Shown here piece by piece: positions 1 through 9,106 of a DNA stretch of 40,664 bases. Under the pieces are notes generated by a model that saw nothing but the letters and a program-made list of their open reading frames with translations, searched no databases and was not told where the DNA came from. A program made the translations under genes and the position numbers. Where the stretch lies: the NCBI GenBank assembly GCA_046703945.1, contig JBJKSN010000038.1, positions 1 through 40,664 of the forward strand, written 5' to 3'. Numbering within the stretch: the first letter of the stretch is position 1; every line of letters starts with the position of its first letter. This stretch comes from Nitrososphaerales archaeon. Its GTDB lineage: Archaea > Thermoproteota > Nitrososphaeria > Nitrososphaerales > Gagatemarchaeaceae.

Positions 1-5
1 TATCT

Positions 6-365
6 GTGAGGAAGGGAGGTCAGTTGCTTTTGCTCAGGAGGGAGAAGCCTGAACGCATGGCAGGAAGCTGGGTCCTTCCCAGCGGCGTGATAAACTACGG
101 CGAAGACCCGAGGGTGGCGGCCCTGAGATTTGTGGAGGAGCAGGTGGGGGTAGCGCCGACTGGTTTGAAGCTCATCGACATCCAGTCATATGGGGACAGC
201 CATTGGGATCTCTGCTTCTTGTACACTGCAGAAGTCCCGAGCATCGGAGCACCCGGTGGCGACTTCGACAAGGCTGAATACTTTGACTTGGGTGGATATC
301 CCGCGCAGCTGAGCGAAGGGAACAAGGAGGTTCTCGAAACTGCCAGGTCGAGAAGCATCCTCTAA
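6..365 (+). CDS. NUDIX-family hydrolase, probably 5'-truncated by the window edge
   Basis: Track ORF 6..365. The frame stays open back to base 3. There is a Nudix-box-like segment GVINYGEDPRVAALRFVEEQVGV (GX5EX7R..EE.GU pattern, with the usual RE reading RF and EE reading EQ), preceded by the typical LLLLRR...W.LPSG strand. Confidence 0.7.
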   Translation: MRKGGQLLLLRREKPERMAGSWVLPSGVINYGEDPRVAALRFVEEQVGVAPTGLKLIDIQSYGDSHWDLCFLYTAEVPSIGAPGGDFDKAEYFDLGGYPAQLSEGNKEVLETARSRSIL

Positions 366-443
366 GAGCCTGAAAGCCTGCAGGCCCACAGCGACACAGG
401 AACCAGCAGGACGAAAGCCGTGTACATTTCTGAGCACGAATCG

Positions 444-450
444 CTATAAG
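444..450 (+). promoter_or_regulatory. TATA-like box upstream of trpE
   Basis: CTATAAG within tcgCTATAAGccc, about 36 nt upstream of the GTG start at 483. A near-identical tcgCTATAGcc element sits upstream of lysW. Confidence 0.3.
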
Positions 451-482
451 CCCTTCCACTGCAGGAACGCAGAGAAACTTGG

Positions 483-1880
483 GTGGTCACCTTTGGCCCC
501 GCCGTCGTAGCCTCAGAGCTTGAGCTGTCAGCTAAGAAGCTGGACATCAAGGAGCCTCCAAGGGAACTCTTCGCGAAGTTTCTGAGCCGATACGAGAACG
601 CTTTCCTGCTTGAGTCTGCCAGCGACCACTCGAAGCTGGCGGAGTACTCTTTCATCGGCTTTGAGCCATCCGCGCTCATAGAAGCGAAGTCGGGTACGCT
701 GGAGGTGACCGATGCCGCATCGGGGTCGAAGGAGAAGACCAAGACGGTCGACCCTTTGAAGGAGCTGAGGCGCATCGTCCCCCCGAACTCGGTCAGCGGC
801 CTCTTCAGATTCATCGGAGGCGCCGTCGGGTATATTTCCTACGACGCAGTGAGGTACTGGGAAAGGCTGCCCAGCAGAAGAGGAGGTCAGGAACAGCTTC
901 CCGATCTGCAGTTCGGGGTCTACAGAGACGGCGTCGTCTACGACCATACGAGGGGGGAGACCTACTATTACACCCTCGGGGAGAACAGGCTGAGCGAAGT
1001 CCTCGCAACTGCGAGAAGTGCAGAGGGCGACACCGCGGTCAGGGCCTCAGCGCCGAGGCTGTCGATGAGCAGAGAAGAGTTCGAAGCCGGGGTCCTCCGA
1101 GTGAAAGAGCACGTTTCGGCCGGCGACATATTCCAGGCTGTGCTCTCGAGGCGCGTCGACATGGATGTCGAAGGGGAGCTGTCGGCGTTCTACGAGTCAC
1201 TGAGCCGAGTCAATCCATCGCCGTACATGTACTTCCTCAAGTTCGGAGACACGAAGATAGTCGGCTCTAGCCCTGAGATGCTGGCCAGGGTAGAAGGCCG
1301 GAGGGTGGAGACGTATCCGATCGCGGGGACGCGCCCCGTGCTGGCTGACGGCAGAGAGACATCTAGACTCGCGAAGGAGCTCGTAGAAGACCCGAAGGAA
1401 AAAGCCGAACATGTGATGCTCGTAGACCTGGCCAGGAACGACATCGGGAGGATCTCCGAGTATGGGTCGGTCAAAGTCCCGGACTTCATGACTGTCGAAA
1501 GGTTCAGCCATGTCCAACACATGGTGTCTCATGTAGTCGGCGAGCTGAGAGAGGGCCTCGACTCCTATGACGCCTTGAAAGCGGTCTTTCCCGCTGGCAC
1601 TGTTTCCGGAGCTCCGAAGGTCAGGGCCATGGAGATAATCGACCAGCTCGAACCGACCGCGAGGGGACCCTATGGCGGGGCCGTCGGGTACTTCTCCTTC
1701 AGCGGAAACGCCGACTTCGCGATCACCATACGGACCCTGGTCTCCCAGGGCAGAACCTGCTCCATACAGGCTGGAGCGGGAATCGTGTCAGACTCGTCCC
1801 CGGAGAAGGAGTGGGAGGAGACCGAAGCAAAGGCCAGGGGGCTGTTGAAGGCCCTGGAGCTGGCGGAGAAGGAAGCATGA
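483..1880 (+). CDS. trpE: anthranilate synthase component I
   Basis: 465 aa. Motifs LLESA, GDIFQAVLSRR, PSPYMYF, TYPIAGTRP, EHVMLVDLARND, GAPKVRAMEII, RGPYGGAVGY. The stop overlaps the trpG ATG (ATGA at 1877-1880). Confidence 0.95.
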   Translation: MVTFGPAVVASELELSAKKLDIKEPPRELFAKFLSRYENAFLLESASDHSKLAEYSFIGFEPSALIEAKSGTLEVTDAASGSKEKTKTVDPLKELRRIVPPNSVSGLFRFIGGAVGYISYDAVRYWERLPSRRGGQEQLPDLQFGVYRDGVVYDHTRGETYYYTLGENRLSEVLATARSAEGDTAVRASAPRLSMSREEFEAGVLRVKEHVSAGDIFQAVLSRRVDMDVEGELSAFYESLSRVNPSPYMYFLKFGDTKIVGSSPEMLARVEGRRVETYPIAGTRPVLADGRETSRLAKELVEDPKEKAEHVMLVDLARNDIGRISEYGSVKVPDFMTVERFSHVQHMVSHVVGELREGLDSYDALKAVFPAGTVSGAPKVRAMEIIDQLEPTARGPYGGAVGYFSFSGNADFAITIRTLVSQGRTCSIQAGAGIVSDSSPEKEWEETEAKARGLLKALELAEKEA

Positions 1881-2467
1881 AGGTCCTGATACTGGACAAC
1901 TACGACTCCTTCGTCTACAACCTGGCCCAGTATGTCGGAGCGTTGGGGGCCGAGCCTCTGGTCCTGAGGAACGATAGTGTCACCGTCGACGAGGTCGAGG
2001 GTCTCTCTCCGGAGAGGATCATAGTCTCCCCCGGGCCAGGGAGCCCTGGAGACGACAGGTCATTCGGTGTCTGCGCCAGTGTTTTGAAGGGAATCAGCAG
2101 AGACGTGCCGACCCTGGGGGTCTGCCTGGGGCATCAGGGGATAGGGTATGCGTTCGGTGCCAAGGTTGACCGGGCACCCGTAGTCATGCACGGGAAGACC
2201 AGCAGAATAGTCCACGATGGCAAGGGAGTGCTGCAGGGGGTCGCCAGCCCGCTTCAGGCCACCAGATACCACTCGCTGGTCGTGCAGAAGGATGGCCTTC
2301 CGTCCGAGCTGAGGGTCACGGCCTTGGCCTTGGAAGACGCGGAGATCATGGGCCTAAGGCACTCACGGTATCCAATAGAAGGAGTGCAGTTCCACCCCGA
2401 GTCGATAATGACCCCAGAGGGCATGAAAATCGTGCGGAACTTCATCGAGAAGGGGGTCGAAGTATGA
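1877..2467 (+). CDS. trpG: anthranilate synthase component II (glutamine amidotransferase)
   Basis: Start taken at the internal ATG (MKVLILDNYDSF) overlapping the trpE stop. The track ORF from 1811 is an upstream extension. Motifs LGVCLGHQ (nucleophile Cys) and QFHPES. Confidence 0.95.
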   Translation: MKVLILDNYDSFVYNLAQYVGALGAEPLVLRNDSVTVDEVEGLSPERIIVSPGPGSPGDDRSFGVCASVLKGISRDVPTLGVCLGHQGIGYAFGAKVDRAPVVMHGKTSRIVHDGKGVLQGVASPLQATRYHSLVVQKDGLPSELRVTALALEDAEIMGLRHSRYPIEGVQFHPESIMTPEGMKIVRNFIEKGVEV

Positions 2468-3510
2468 TCCAGAGGTCGATTCAGAAAGCCCTCGATGGAA
2501 CCCCCCTGACCCGAGACGAGGCCGAGGAGACAGCCAGAGAGATCGCCGAGGGCAGAGCAACCCAGGCTCAGATGGGAGGATTCCTCGTGGCCCTAGGGCG
2601 GAAGGGAGAGACCCCCGAGGAGATTGCCGCCTTCGCGTCGACGCTCCGAGAGTACAGCGTCAGGATCCGTCCCCGAGTCAAGGGCAGGCTGGTGGACACC
2701 TGCGGGACCGGCGGAGACAGGTCCAAGACGTTCAACGTCAGCACGGTTTCCGCGCTCGTGGTCGCTGGAGCCGGCGCTGCTGTCGCAAAGCACGGCAATA
2801 GGTCGGTCACAAGTAAGTGTGGCAGCGCCGACGTCCTCGAGCGCCTGGGTTTCGACGTCGGGGCCCCGCCTGCCATGGTGGAAGAGAGCATTGAGAAGTC
2901 TGGCATCGGGTTCATGTTCGCGCCTACGTTTCACCCGGCGATGAAGTACGTCGCGCCTGTCAGAAGGGAACTGGGTGTGAGGACAGTCTTCAACCTGATG
3001 GGCCCGCTCATCAACCCCGCTGGGGCTGACGCCCAGCTGGTGGGAGTGTACTCGCCGGATCTAGTGGCGAAGGTGGCAGGCGTGCTGAAGATGCTCGGGT
3101 GCGAGGAGGCGATGGTCGTCCACGCCCGAGAAGGCATGGACGAGATCTCGACGCGGGGGAAGACGCTGGCCGCATGGCTCAGAGAGGGTGAAGTCAAGAA
3201 GCTTGAGCTTTCGCCGGTGGACTTCGGCATCGGAGAGAGCGAGACGCTGGTCAGTGAGGTCGGCGGCGTAGACGAGGCTGCCCGGACGGTGCTCTCCATA
3301 CTTGGCGGCGAGGGGTCGCCCCTGACTGACATGGTGCTCGTGAACTCTGCAGCTGCCCTGGTGGTAGCAGGGAAGGCGGACGACTTTGCCGGCGGAGTAG
3401 AGCTCGCCAGAGAGTCGCTGGCCAGCGGAGCGGCGCTGTCGAAGCTCCGAAGGCTCGTCGAGGGAAGCGGCGGAGATCTATCTCGGATTGAGGTCTATGC
3501 AGCAGACTGA
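2464..3510 (+). CDS. trpD: anthranilate phosphoribosyltransferase
   Basis: 348 aa. Motifs DTCGTGGD and GNRSVTSKCGSADVLE. ATGA overlap with the trpG stop at 2464-2467. Confidence 0.95.
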   Translation: MIQRSIQKALDGTPLTRDEAEETAREIAEGRATQAQMGGFLVALGRKGETPEEIAAFASTLREYSVRIRPRVKGRLVDTCGTGGDRSKTFNVSTVSALVVAGAGAAVAKHGNRSVTSKCGSADVLERLGFDVGAPPAMVEESIEKSGIGFMFAPTFHPAMKYVAPVRRELGVRTVFNLMGPLINPAGADAQLVGVYSPDLVAKVAGVLKMLGCEEAMVVHAREGMDEISTRGKTLAAWLREGEVKKLELSPVDFGIGESETLVSEVGGVDEAARTVLSILGGEGSPLTDMVLVNSAAALVVAGKADDFAGGVELARESLASGAALSKLRRLVEGSGGDLSRIEVYAAD

Positions 3511-4288
3511 TGGGAGCTTCCTGGCTGGGCTGGCCAAGTCCGCCAGGAGCCGAGTAGCCGGAGGCTATTACGATGTCAAAGCAGAACCGAGAGTCGAACG
3601 GCTCAGCTTGGTTGCGTCCCTCCGAAGGGAGGGAAGGGTCCCAATCATAGCCGAGGTCAAGTTCCGCTCCCCGGCTGAGGGGAGGCTCAGCGACACGAAG
3701 AGCGTCAAAGAGGTAGCCGGTGCCTACGAGAGAGGAGGGGCGGCCGCGATTTCGGTCCTGACAGAGCCTGAGCACTTCGAGGGGCGCCTAGACTACGTCC
3801 CGGCCGTCAGGCAGGCAGTAGGGGTCCCAGTCCTGATGAAGGACATCTTTGTGGATGAAACCCAGGTCGAGGCGGCTGACCGCCTGGGCGCCGACGCTGT
3901 GCTGCTGATTGTCGGCGTCCTCGCCGGAGAAGGCGGTGCTGGCGGACTGGAGGGCCTGCTCGCCAGCGTCCACGCCAGGGGGATGGAGGCCGTGGTCGAA
4001 ACGCACGACGAAGACGAGCTCGCCATCGCCCTCGCCAGCGAGGCAGACGTGGTTGGGGTAAACAACAGAAACCTGAGCGACCTTTCTGTCTCCCTCGACG
4101 TCTCCAGGAGGCTCCTCGGCAAAGGGCCCTTCGCCAAGCCGGTGATCTGCGAGAGCGGCATCGGATCCAGGGACCAAGTCAAGTCCTTGACAGCCATGGG
4201 AGCGAGCGGGTTCCTGGTGGGTTCGGCGCTCATGAAGTCCGCGGACCCCGCAGGGGCCGTCAGAGCTCTGTCGAGGATTGAGCCATGA
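3497..4288 (+). CDS. trpC: indole-3-glycerol-phosphate synthase
   Basis: Motifs IIAEVKFRSPAEG, LTEPEHFEG, VGVNNRNL, ESGI. ATG at 3497 (alternative TTG at 3488), overlapping the trpD 3' end. Confidence 0.9.
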   Translation: MQQTDGSFLAGLAKSARSRVAGGYYDVKAEPRVERLSLVASLRREGRVPIIAEVKFRSPAEGRLSDTKSVKEVAGAYERGGAAAISVLTEPEHFEGRLDYVPAVRQAVGVPVLMKDIFVDETQVEAADRLGADAVLLIVGVLAGEGGAGGLEGLLASVHARGMEAVVETHDEDELAIALASEADVVGVNNRNLSDLSVSLDVSRRLLGKGPFAKPVICESGIGSRDQVKSLTAMGASGFLVGSALMKSADPAGAVRALSRIEP

Positions 4289-4908
4289 CCAGGATAAAGA
4301 TCTGCGGCCTGACGAGGGAAGAGGACGTTGACGTTTCGGTGAGGGAGGGCGCCGACGCCGTCGGGTTCATCAGCGGCTTCGAGTCCCCTAGGAGCGTTTC
4401 CATAGAGCGGGCAGGGGAGCTCATCAGGATGGTCCCCCCATTCGTCGACTCGGTCTTGGTCACGCGGTCTGAAATAGTGGAGGCGAATGCGGACAAGATC
4501 GCGCGAATCGGACCTTCGGCCATCCAGCTCTACGGCCGGGTGCCGCACCCGCTCGCCTTGAAAGAGAGGCTGGGAGTGAAGCTGATACTGCCGCACCCGA
4601 TGAACGGTCTCGCCGTCGGGACTAGCGACACAGAAGGGTACGACGCCCTGCTCGCGGACACCTATGCGAATGGAGTTGTCGGCGGGACCGGCCAGACTTC
4701 AGACTGGGACGAGTGCAGGAAGCTCAGGGACGCGGTCGCGCCTCTGCCTTTCATCCTTTCTGGGGGGCTGAGGCCGGAAAACGTCGCCAAAGCCATTTCA
4801 AGGGTCAGGCCATATGCAATCGACGTGTCGTCTGGGGTCGAGGCGTCGCCCGGAGTCAAGGACCACTCCAAGGTGAGGGCGTTCGTAGCCCAGGCAGGGG
4901 GTCACTGA
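4285..4908 (+). CDS. trpF: phosphoribosylanthranilate isomerase
   Basis: Motifs [30 protein letters not shown] overlap with the trpC stop at 4285-4288. Confidence 0.9.
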   Translation: MTRIKICGLTREEDVDVSVREGADAVGFISGFESPRSVSIERAGELIRMVPPFVDSVLVTRSEIVEANADKIARIGPSAIQLYGRVPHPLALKERLGVKLILPHPMNGLAVGTSDTEGYDALLADTYANGVVGGTGQTSDWDECRKLRDAVAPLPFILSGGLRPENVAKAISRVRPYAIDVSSGVEASPGVKDHSKVRAFVAQAGGH

Positions 4909-4909
4909 G

Positions 4910-6085
4910 TTGCCAGAGAGAGGAAGATTCGGTGAATACGGCGGCCAGTACATCCCCGAGACGCTGGTGCCTGCGGTGAAGGAGCTGGAGAAGGCGTACC
5001 GGAGGTTCGGGGCTGACAAGAGGTTCAAGTCCGAGCTGGCAGGGCTCCTGAAGGACTATGCAGGGAGACCTACCCCGCTTTACTTCGCGGCCAACCTGAC
5101 GAAGAGGGCAGGAGGGGCCAAGATCTATCTGAAGCGCGAGGACCTGCTGCATGGCGGAGCGCACAAGATCAACAACACGCTGGGACAGGCGCTGCTGGCG
5201 AAGAAGATGGGAAAGACTCGGATCATCGCCGAGACGGGCGCGGGGCAGCATGGGGTCGCTACGGCGATGGCCTGCGCGGCCCTCGGCCTGAAGTCGGAGG
5301 TCTACATGGGGACAGAGGACGTGGAGAGGCAGAAGCTCAACGTCTTCAGGATGAGGCTGCTCGGGACGGAAGTCCATCCCGTCGACGCAGGCTCGCGGAC
5401 CCTCAAAGACGCCATAAACGAAGCCCTCAGGGACTGGGTGACCAACCTTGTCGACACCTACTACCTCATCGGCTCCGTCGTCGGGCCTCACCCCTACCCG
5501 GCCATGGTCAGGGACTTCCAGAGCGTCATCGGCGTGGAGATTGCCAGGCAGTCGGTGTCAGCCCGTGGGTCTCTCCCCGATGCCCTGGTAGCATGCGTAG
5601 GCGGGGGGAGTAACTCCATGGGGACGTTCTACCCCTTCGTGAGGAAGAAGGGGGTGGACATGTATGGGGTTGAGGCCGGGGGGACAGGAAGGTCTCGCAA
5701 CGCGGCCACGCTGGCCTTCGGTAGGGCCGGGGTCGTCCATGGCATGATGACCTACGTCCTCCAGGATGAAGACGGACAGACTGGTGAGACGCACAGCGTG
5801 GCTGCTGGACTGGACTACCCCGGTGTCGGCCCTGAACACTCCTATCTGAAAGACACCAAGAGGGTCACCTACGTGACTGCCACCGACGAAGAGGCGATTG
5901 GCGCGTTCCACACCCTTGCGAAGGAGGAGGGGATACTTCCGGCGCTGGAGTCAGCCCACGCGGTCGCCTACGCGATGAAGCTGGCGCCTGGGATGAAAGC
6001 GGACGAAAGCGTGGTTGTCACCCTGTCTGGGCGAGGGGACAAGGATGTGCAGATCATCGGCAAGATGGCGGGGTTCGAACTCTGA
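4910..6085 (+). CDS. trpB: tryptophan synthase beta chain
   Basis: 391 aa. Motifs [31 protein letters not shown] (PLP lysine), [21 protein letters not shown] start 1 nt after the trpF stop. Confidence 0.95.
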   Translation: MPERGRFGEYGGQYIPETLVPAVKELEKAYRRFGADKRFKSELAGLLKDYAGRPTPLYFAANLTKRAGGAKIYLKREDLLHGGAHKINNTLGQALLAKKMGKTRIIAETGAGQHGVATAMACAALGLKSEVYMGTEDVERQKLNVFRMRLLGTEVHPVDAGSRTLKDAINEALRDWVTNLVDTYYLIGSVVGPHPYPAMVRDFQSVIGVEIARQSVSARGSLPDALVACVGGGSNSMGTFYPFVRKKGVDMYGVEAGGTGRSRNAATLAFGRAGVVHGMMTYVLQDEDGQTGETHSVAAGLDYPGVGPEHSYLKDTKRVTYVTATDEEAIGAFHTLAKEEGILPALESAHAVAYAMKLAPGMKADESVVVTLSGRGDKDVQIIGKMAGFEL

Positions 6086-6885
6086 GCAGGATACAAGACA
6101 CGTTCGACTCCCTCGCCGGAGGGGCGCTGGTGGCCTATGTCATGGGCGGAGACCCCGACCCTCGTTCTTCGGTGGATGTCGCCAAGGCGGTGCTCAGGGG
6201 CGGGGCAGACATCATCGAGTTGGGCATCCCCTTCTCCGACCCCATAGCGGACGGCAGGTCGGTCCAGGCCGCGGGGGTCCGGGCGCTCAGGTCAGGCACG
6301 AAACCCGTGGACGTGTTGAACATAGCATCCGAGGTGAAGAAGGTCCGGGATGTCCCCGTGGTGGTGATGACCTACTTCAACCCGATACTCTCCAGGGGCG
6401 CATCTGACTTCCTTGACGCCGCCCGAAGGAGCGGGGTCGACGGGGTGATCGTCCCCGACCTCCCCCTGGAGGAGGCCGCCAAGTTTGGCGGTGCGGCCCG
6501 GGCCAGAGGGATTGATTCCATCCTGCTCGCGGCGCCCACCACCGGGGCGGAGCGCATGAAGAAGATAGTCGCGAGCACGTCTGGCTTCCTCTACCTCGTT
6601 TCAGTGCTCGGAGTCACCGGGGCGAGGGAGCAGGTGAAAGACAGCACTGTCGGGCTCGTCAAGTTCGCGAAGAGGTATGCCAAGGGGAAGGTCCCTCTGG
6701 CGGTCGGGTTCGGAATCTCAAGGCCTGAGCACGTCAGGACGGTGATAGGAGCCGGCGCGGACGCGGCCATAGTGGGAAGCGCCATAGTCGACAGGGTGGC
6801 GTCATTCGGCGACGACAGGATGGGGACCCTGAACCGGATTGAAGCCTATGTCAGGTCCATGAAAGACGCGGCAAGGTCGGCCTAG
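6082..6885 (+). CDS. trpA: tryptophan synthase alpha chain (start uncertain: CTG 6082 inferred, first canonical start is GTG 6130)
   Basis: Motifs [29 protein letters not shown]. In-frame sequence upstream of GTG 6130 encodes (L)[18 protein letters not shown], which looks like the normal TrpA N-terminal helix and first strand. No ATG, GTG or TTG occurs in that stretch. CTG 6082-6084 overlaps the trpB TGA (CTGA). Confidence 0.88.
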   Translation: MSRIQDTFDSLAGGALVAYVMGGDPDPRSSVDVAKAVLRGGADIIELGIPFSDPIADGRSVQAAGVRALRSGTKPVDVLNIASEVKKVRDVPVVVMTYFNPILSRGASDFLDAARRSGVDGVIVPDLPLEEAAKFGGAARARGIDSILLAAPTTGAERMKKIVASTSGFLYLVSVLGVTGAREQVKDSTVGLVKFAKRYAKGKVPLAVGFGISRPEHVRTVIGAGADAAIVGSAIVDRVASFGDDRMGTLNRIEAYVRSMKDAARSA

Positions 6886-7709
6886 GCATCCGCGTAGACT
6901 CGGCTCAATGAAGCCTCCATGTCAGACCTTCGGAACTGGCGCGCGAGCCTTGAGAACTCCCTCCCGAAGGCCTTCGAGTCCTTCCTCTCGATGGCGGCCT
7001 TCATGGAGGACAGCTCGGCGATGGTCGACGAGATGGCGTCAGTGACAAACCTGTTCTCGACGTCGATGTAGAAGTAGAGTTCAGGGTCCTGCAGGAGCAC
7101 AGACCTCACGAGGTCCAGCTGGGCGGAGGCGAAGGGAGGAGCCGACTTCTGGAGACTCTTCAGGCCAGGCCCCTTCGACACTGCCGACGCGAAGGCCAGG
7201 CTGGTGAGGTGCACCAGAGAGAGCGCATAGGCCACCAGTCGGTCATGTTCTTCCGGAGCGATCAGTGTCAGCTTGGCCCCCCTGAAGATCCGCCCTGCGG
7301 CCTCCACGTCCCCGCTCCCCCCCACCACCAGCATCCTGGGGGCCTTCGACCTCGACGACGGGCCGAACATCGGATGGAGCGAAAGGAGGGATGCGCCGCG
7401 GGCGGATGCGAGCTTCCCAAGAAGCGCTGGCGCAGTCCCTTTGACCGACATAATCTCGACCAGCGTGCAGCCGCGCTTCAGGGCAGGCCTGACCGCCCTG
7501 GCGACATCCAGAGTGTCCCCGACCGGCACGGCGAGCAGCACGAGGTCGGCTCCTCGCGCGGCCCTGAGGTTGGAAGAGGCCGCCCTCCCCCGCTGCCTCG
7601 GCCCGCCCGAGCGGACATCGGACCCCACGACCGTATAGCCGAGGCGCCTGAAGTATCCCACGAAATATGAACCCATGGCACCCGCGGAGCCCAGAACTGC
7701 GACCCTCAA
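6882..7709 (-). CDS. tyrA: prephenate (or arogenate) dehydrogenase
   Basis: 275 aa. N-terminal Rossmann motif VAVLGSAGAMGS and the HPMFGP motif. The TTG start overlaps the upstream stop (TTGA at 7706-7709). Confidence 0.85.
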   Translation of the reverse strand: MRVAVLGSAGAMGSYFVGYFRRLGYTVVGSDVRSGGPRQRGRAASSNLRAARGADLVLLAVPVGDTLDVARAVRPALKRGCTLVEIMSVKGTAPALLGKLASARGASLLSLHPMFGPSSRSKAPRMLVVGGSGDVEAAGRIFRGAKLTLIAPEEHDRLVAYALSLVHLTSLAFASAVSKGPGLKSLQKSAPPFASAQLDLVRSVLLQDPELYFYIDVENRFVTDAISSTIAELSSMKAAIERKDSKAFGREFSRLARQFRRSDMEASLSRVYADA

Positions 7710-9106
7710 GCGAGGAGGTCGCCCATCCGCCTTACTCCCTCGAGGATAATCTCCTTGGGCTGGCCCAGAGAGATGCGGAAGAAGTCTTCGTAGGCGCCGA
7801 AGGCAGCGCCGGGAGTGACGGTGACACCCTTCTGGAGAAGGTCTTCTGCGAATCTGCTCCCGGTCAATCCCTTCTTTCTGAGCCTGGGGAAGAAATACAT
7901 GGCGCCGTCGGGCTTCACATACTCAAGCGAACCGACCTTGTCCAGCTCCCCGGAGACCGCTTCGACCCTGTCTTTCATCTCGGCGACGTTCTTCGCGACT
8001 TCGGCGTCTGAGTCTAGGGCTTTGATGGCTCCATGCTGGACGAACTCCGGGACGGACGAAAGCATCAACGAAGTCATCCCGGCCACCTTGGATACGATGT
8101 CTTTGCTGGAGACGACATAACCGATCCTGAACCCTGTCATCGCCCAGGCTTTCGAGAAGGACGAGGTCAGCACGAACTTCCTGGGGGTTGTCCTAAGGAC
8201 GCTGGGGCAGGGCTTCGACGAATACTCGTTGTATATCTCGTCGCTGATCACCGTAAGGCCGTGGTCATCAGCTACTTGTACCACTCCCCGGAACGCCTCG
8301 GGGGATATCACCTTCCCCGTCGGGTTGTTGGGGTAGCTCAGGATAATCGCCTTGGTGTTGGCACGTATCGCCCTCTCGACCTCGTCTGGGGAGAGGGACC
8401 AGCCGTCCTCGAGTCTGCCATGGACGGCGATGGTCCTGGCGCCCAGGTGCTGCAGGGCCTCTCGATAGGCGGACCAGTTGGGCTCAGGGAGGATGACGCT
8501 GTCCCCTTCGGACACGACGGCGGAAAGACCCGCGTAGACGGCGAATCTGCCGCTGGGGGTCACCGCGACCTCGTCCTCCGTGGCCGCGAAACCGCTCTTC
8601 CTCTGAAGGTACCCCCTGAGGGCCGAGAGAAGCTCCGGTATGCCCTTCGCCTCCGTGTAGTGCGTCTTGAAGCCGAACAGCGCCTCGGAGCAGGCTTCGA
8701 GGACGGCTTGGGGCGGCTTGAAGTCAGGCTCGCCGACGTCGAGACGTATCAGCTTCGCCCCCCTCCTCTGTAGCTCGACGGCCTTGGCGAAGACAGACAT
8801 CGGGCTCGCCACAGGCGACCGAGCCTGTATCCCCTGGGCTTTCTTTGACTCGGCGAGCAGGAGTGCGAACATCCTCATACCCGCGCCCCTGTCCACCCCT
8901 GCGCGGTCGCACTCTTTTGTCACCTCCGCGAGCAATGAGTCCTCCACGGCGTCGTCCTCGGCGGGGAGGGACCCCGAAGCCTTCAGCCTCCCCACTTCGC
9001 GGGCAAGGCCGTTCCTGCGGGCTACCAGCCTGATGATCTCTCGGGTGGTCTCCGCGATGTCGGAGCGCAGCTCGTCTATCCCGGGGCCCGGCTCCGTCTC
9101 TGTCAT
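7706..9106 (-). CDS. fusion protein: AroQ-type chorismate mutase domain + class I (aspartate/aromatic/prephenate-type) PLP aminotransferase
   Basis: Start taken at ATG 9106 (MTETEPGPGIDELRSDI...), which overlaps the aroC stop (ATGA). The track ORF extension to 9568 lies inside aroC. N-terminal ~95 aa carries the AroQ pattern (IDELRSDIAETTREIIRLVARRNGLAREVGRLK ... MRMFALLLAESKKAQ). The remainder is an aminotransferase (LDVGEPDF, NPTG, SFSKAWAMTGFRIGY with the PLP lysine). Confidence 0.85.
   Translation of the reverse strand: MTETEPGPGIDELRSDIAETTREIIRLVARRNGLAREVGRLKASGSLPAEDDAVEDSLLAEVTKECDRAGVDRGAGMRMFALLLAESKKAQGIQARSPVASPMSVFAKAVELQRRGAKLIRLDVGEPDFKPPQAVLEACSEALFGFKTHYTEAKGIPELLSALRGYLQRKSGFAATEDEVAVTPSGRFAVYAGLSAVVSEGDSVILPEPNWSAYREALQHLGARTIAVHGRLEDGWSLSPDEVERAIRANTKAIILSYPNNPTGKVISPEAFRGVVQVADDHGLTVISDEIYNEYSSKPCPSVLRTTPRKFVLTSSFSKAWAMTGFRIGYVVSSKDIVSKVAGMTSLMLSSVPEFVQHGAIKALDSDAEVAKNVAEMKDRVEAVSGELDKVGSLEYVKPDGAMYFFPRLRKKGLTGSRFAEDLLQKGVTVTPGAAFGAYEDFFRISLGQPKEIILEGVRRMGDLLA

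Noticed and set aside
366-482. Possible trp leader peptide or attenuator upstream of trpE.
   Set aside because: There is no short ORF with tandem Trp codons and no alternative hairpins. Only a TATA-like box is present.
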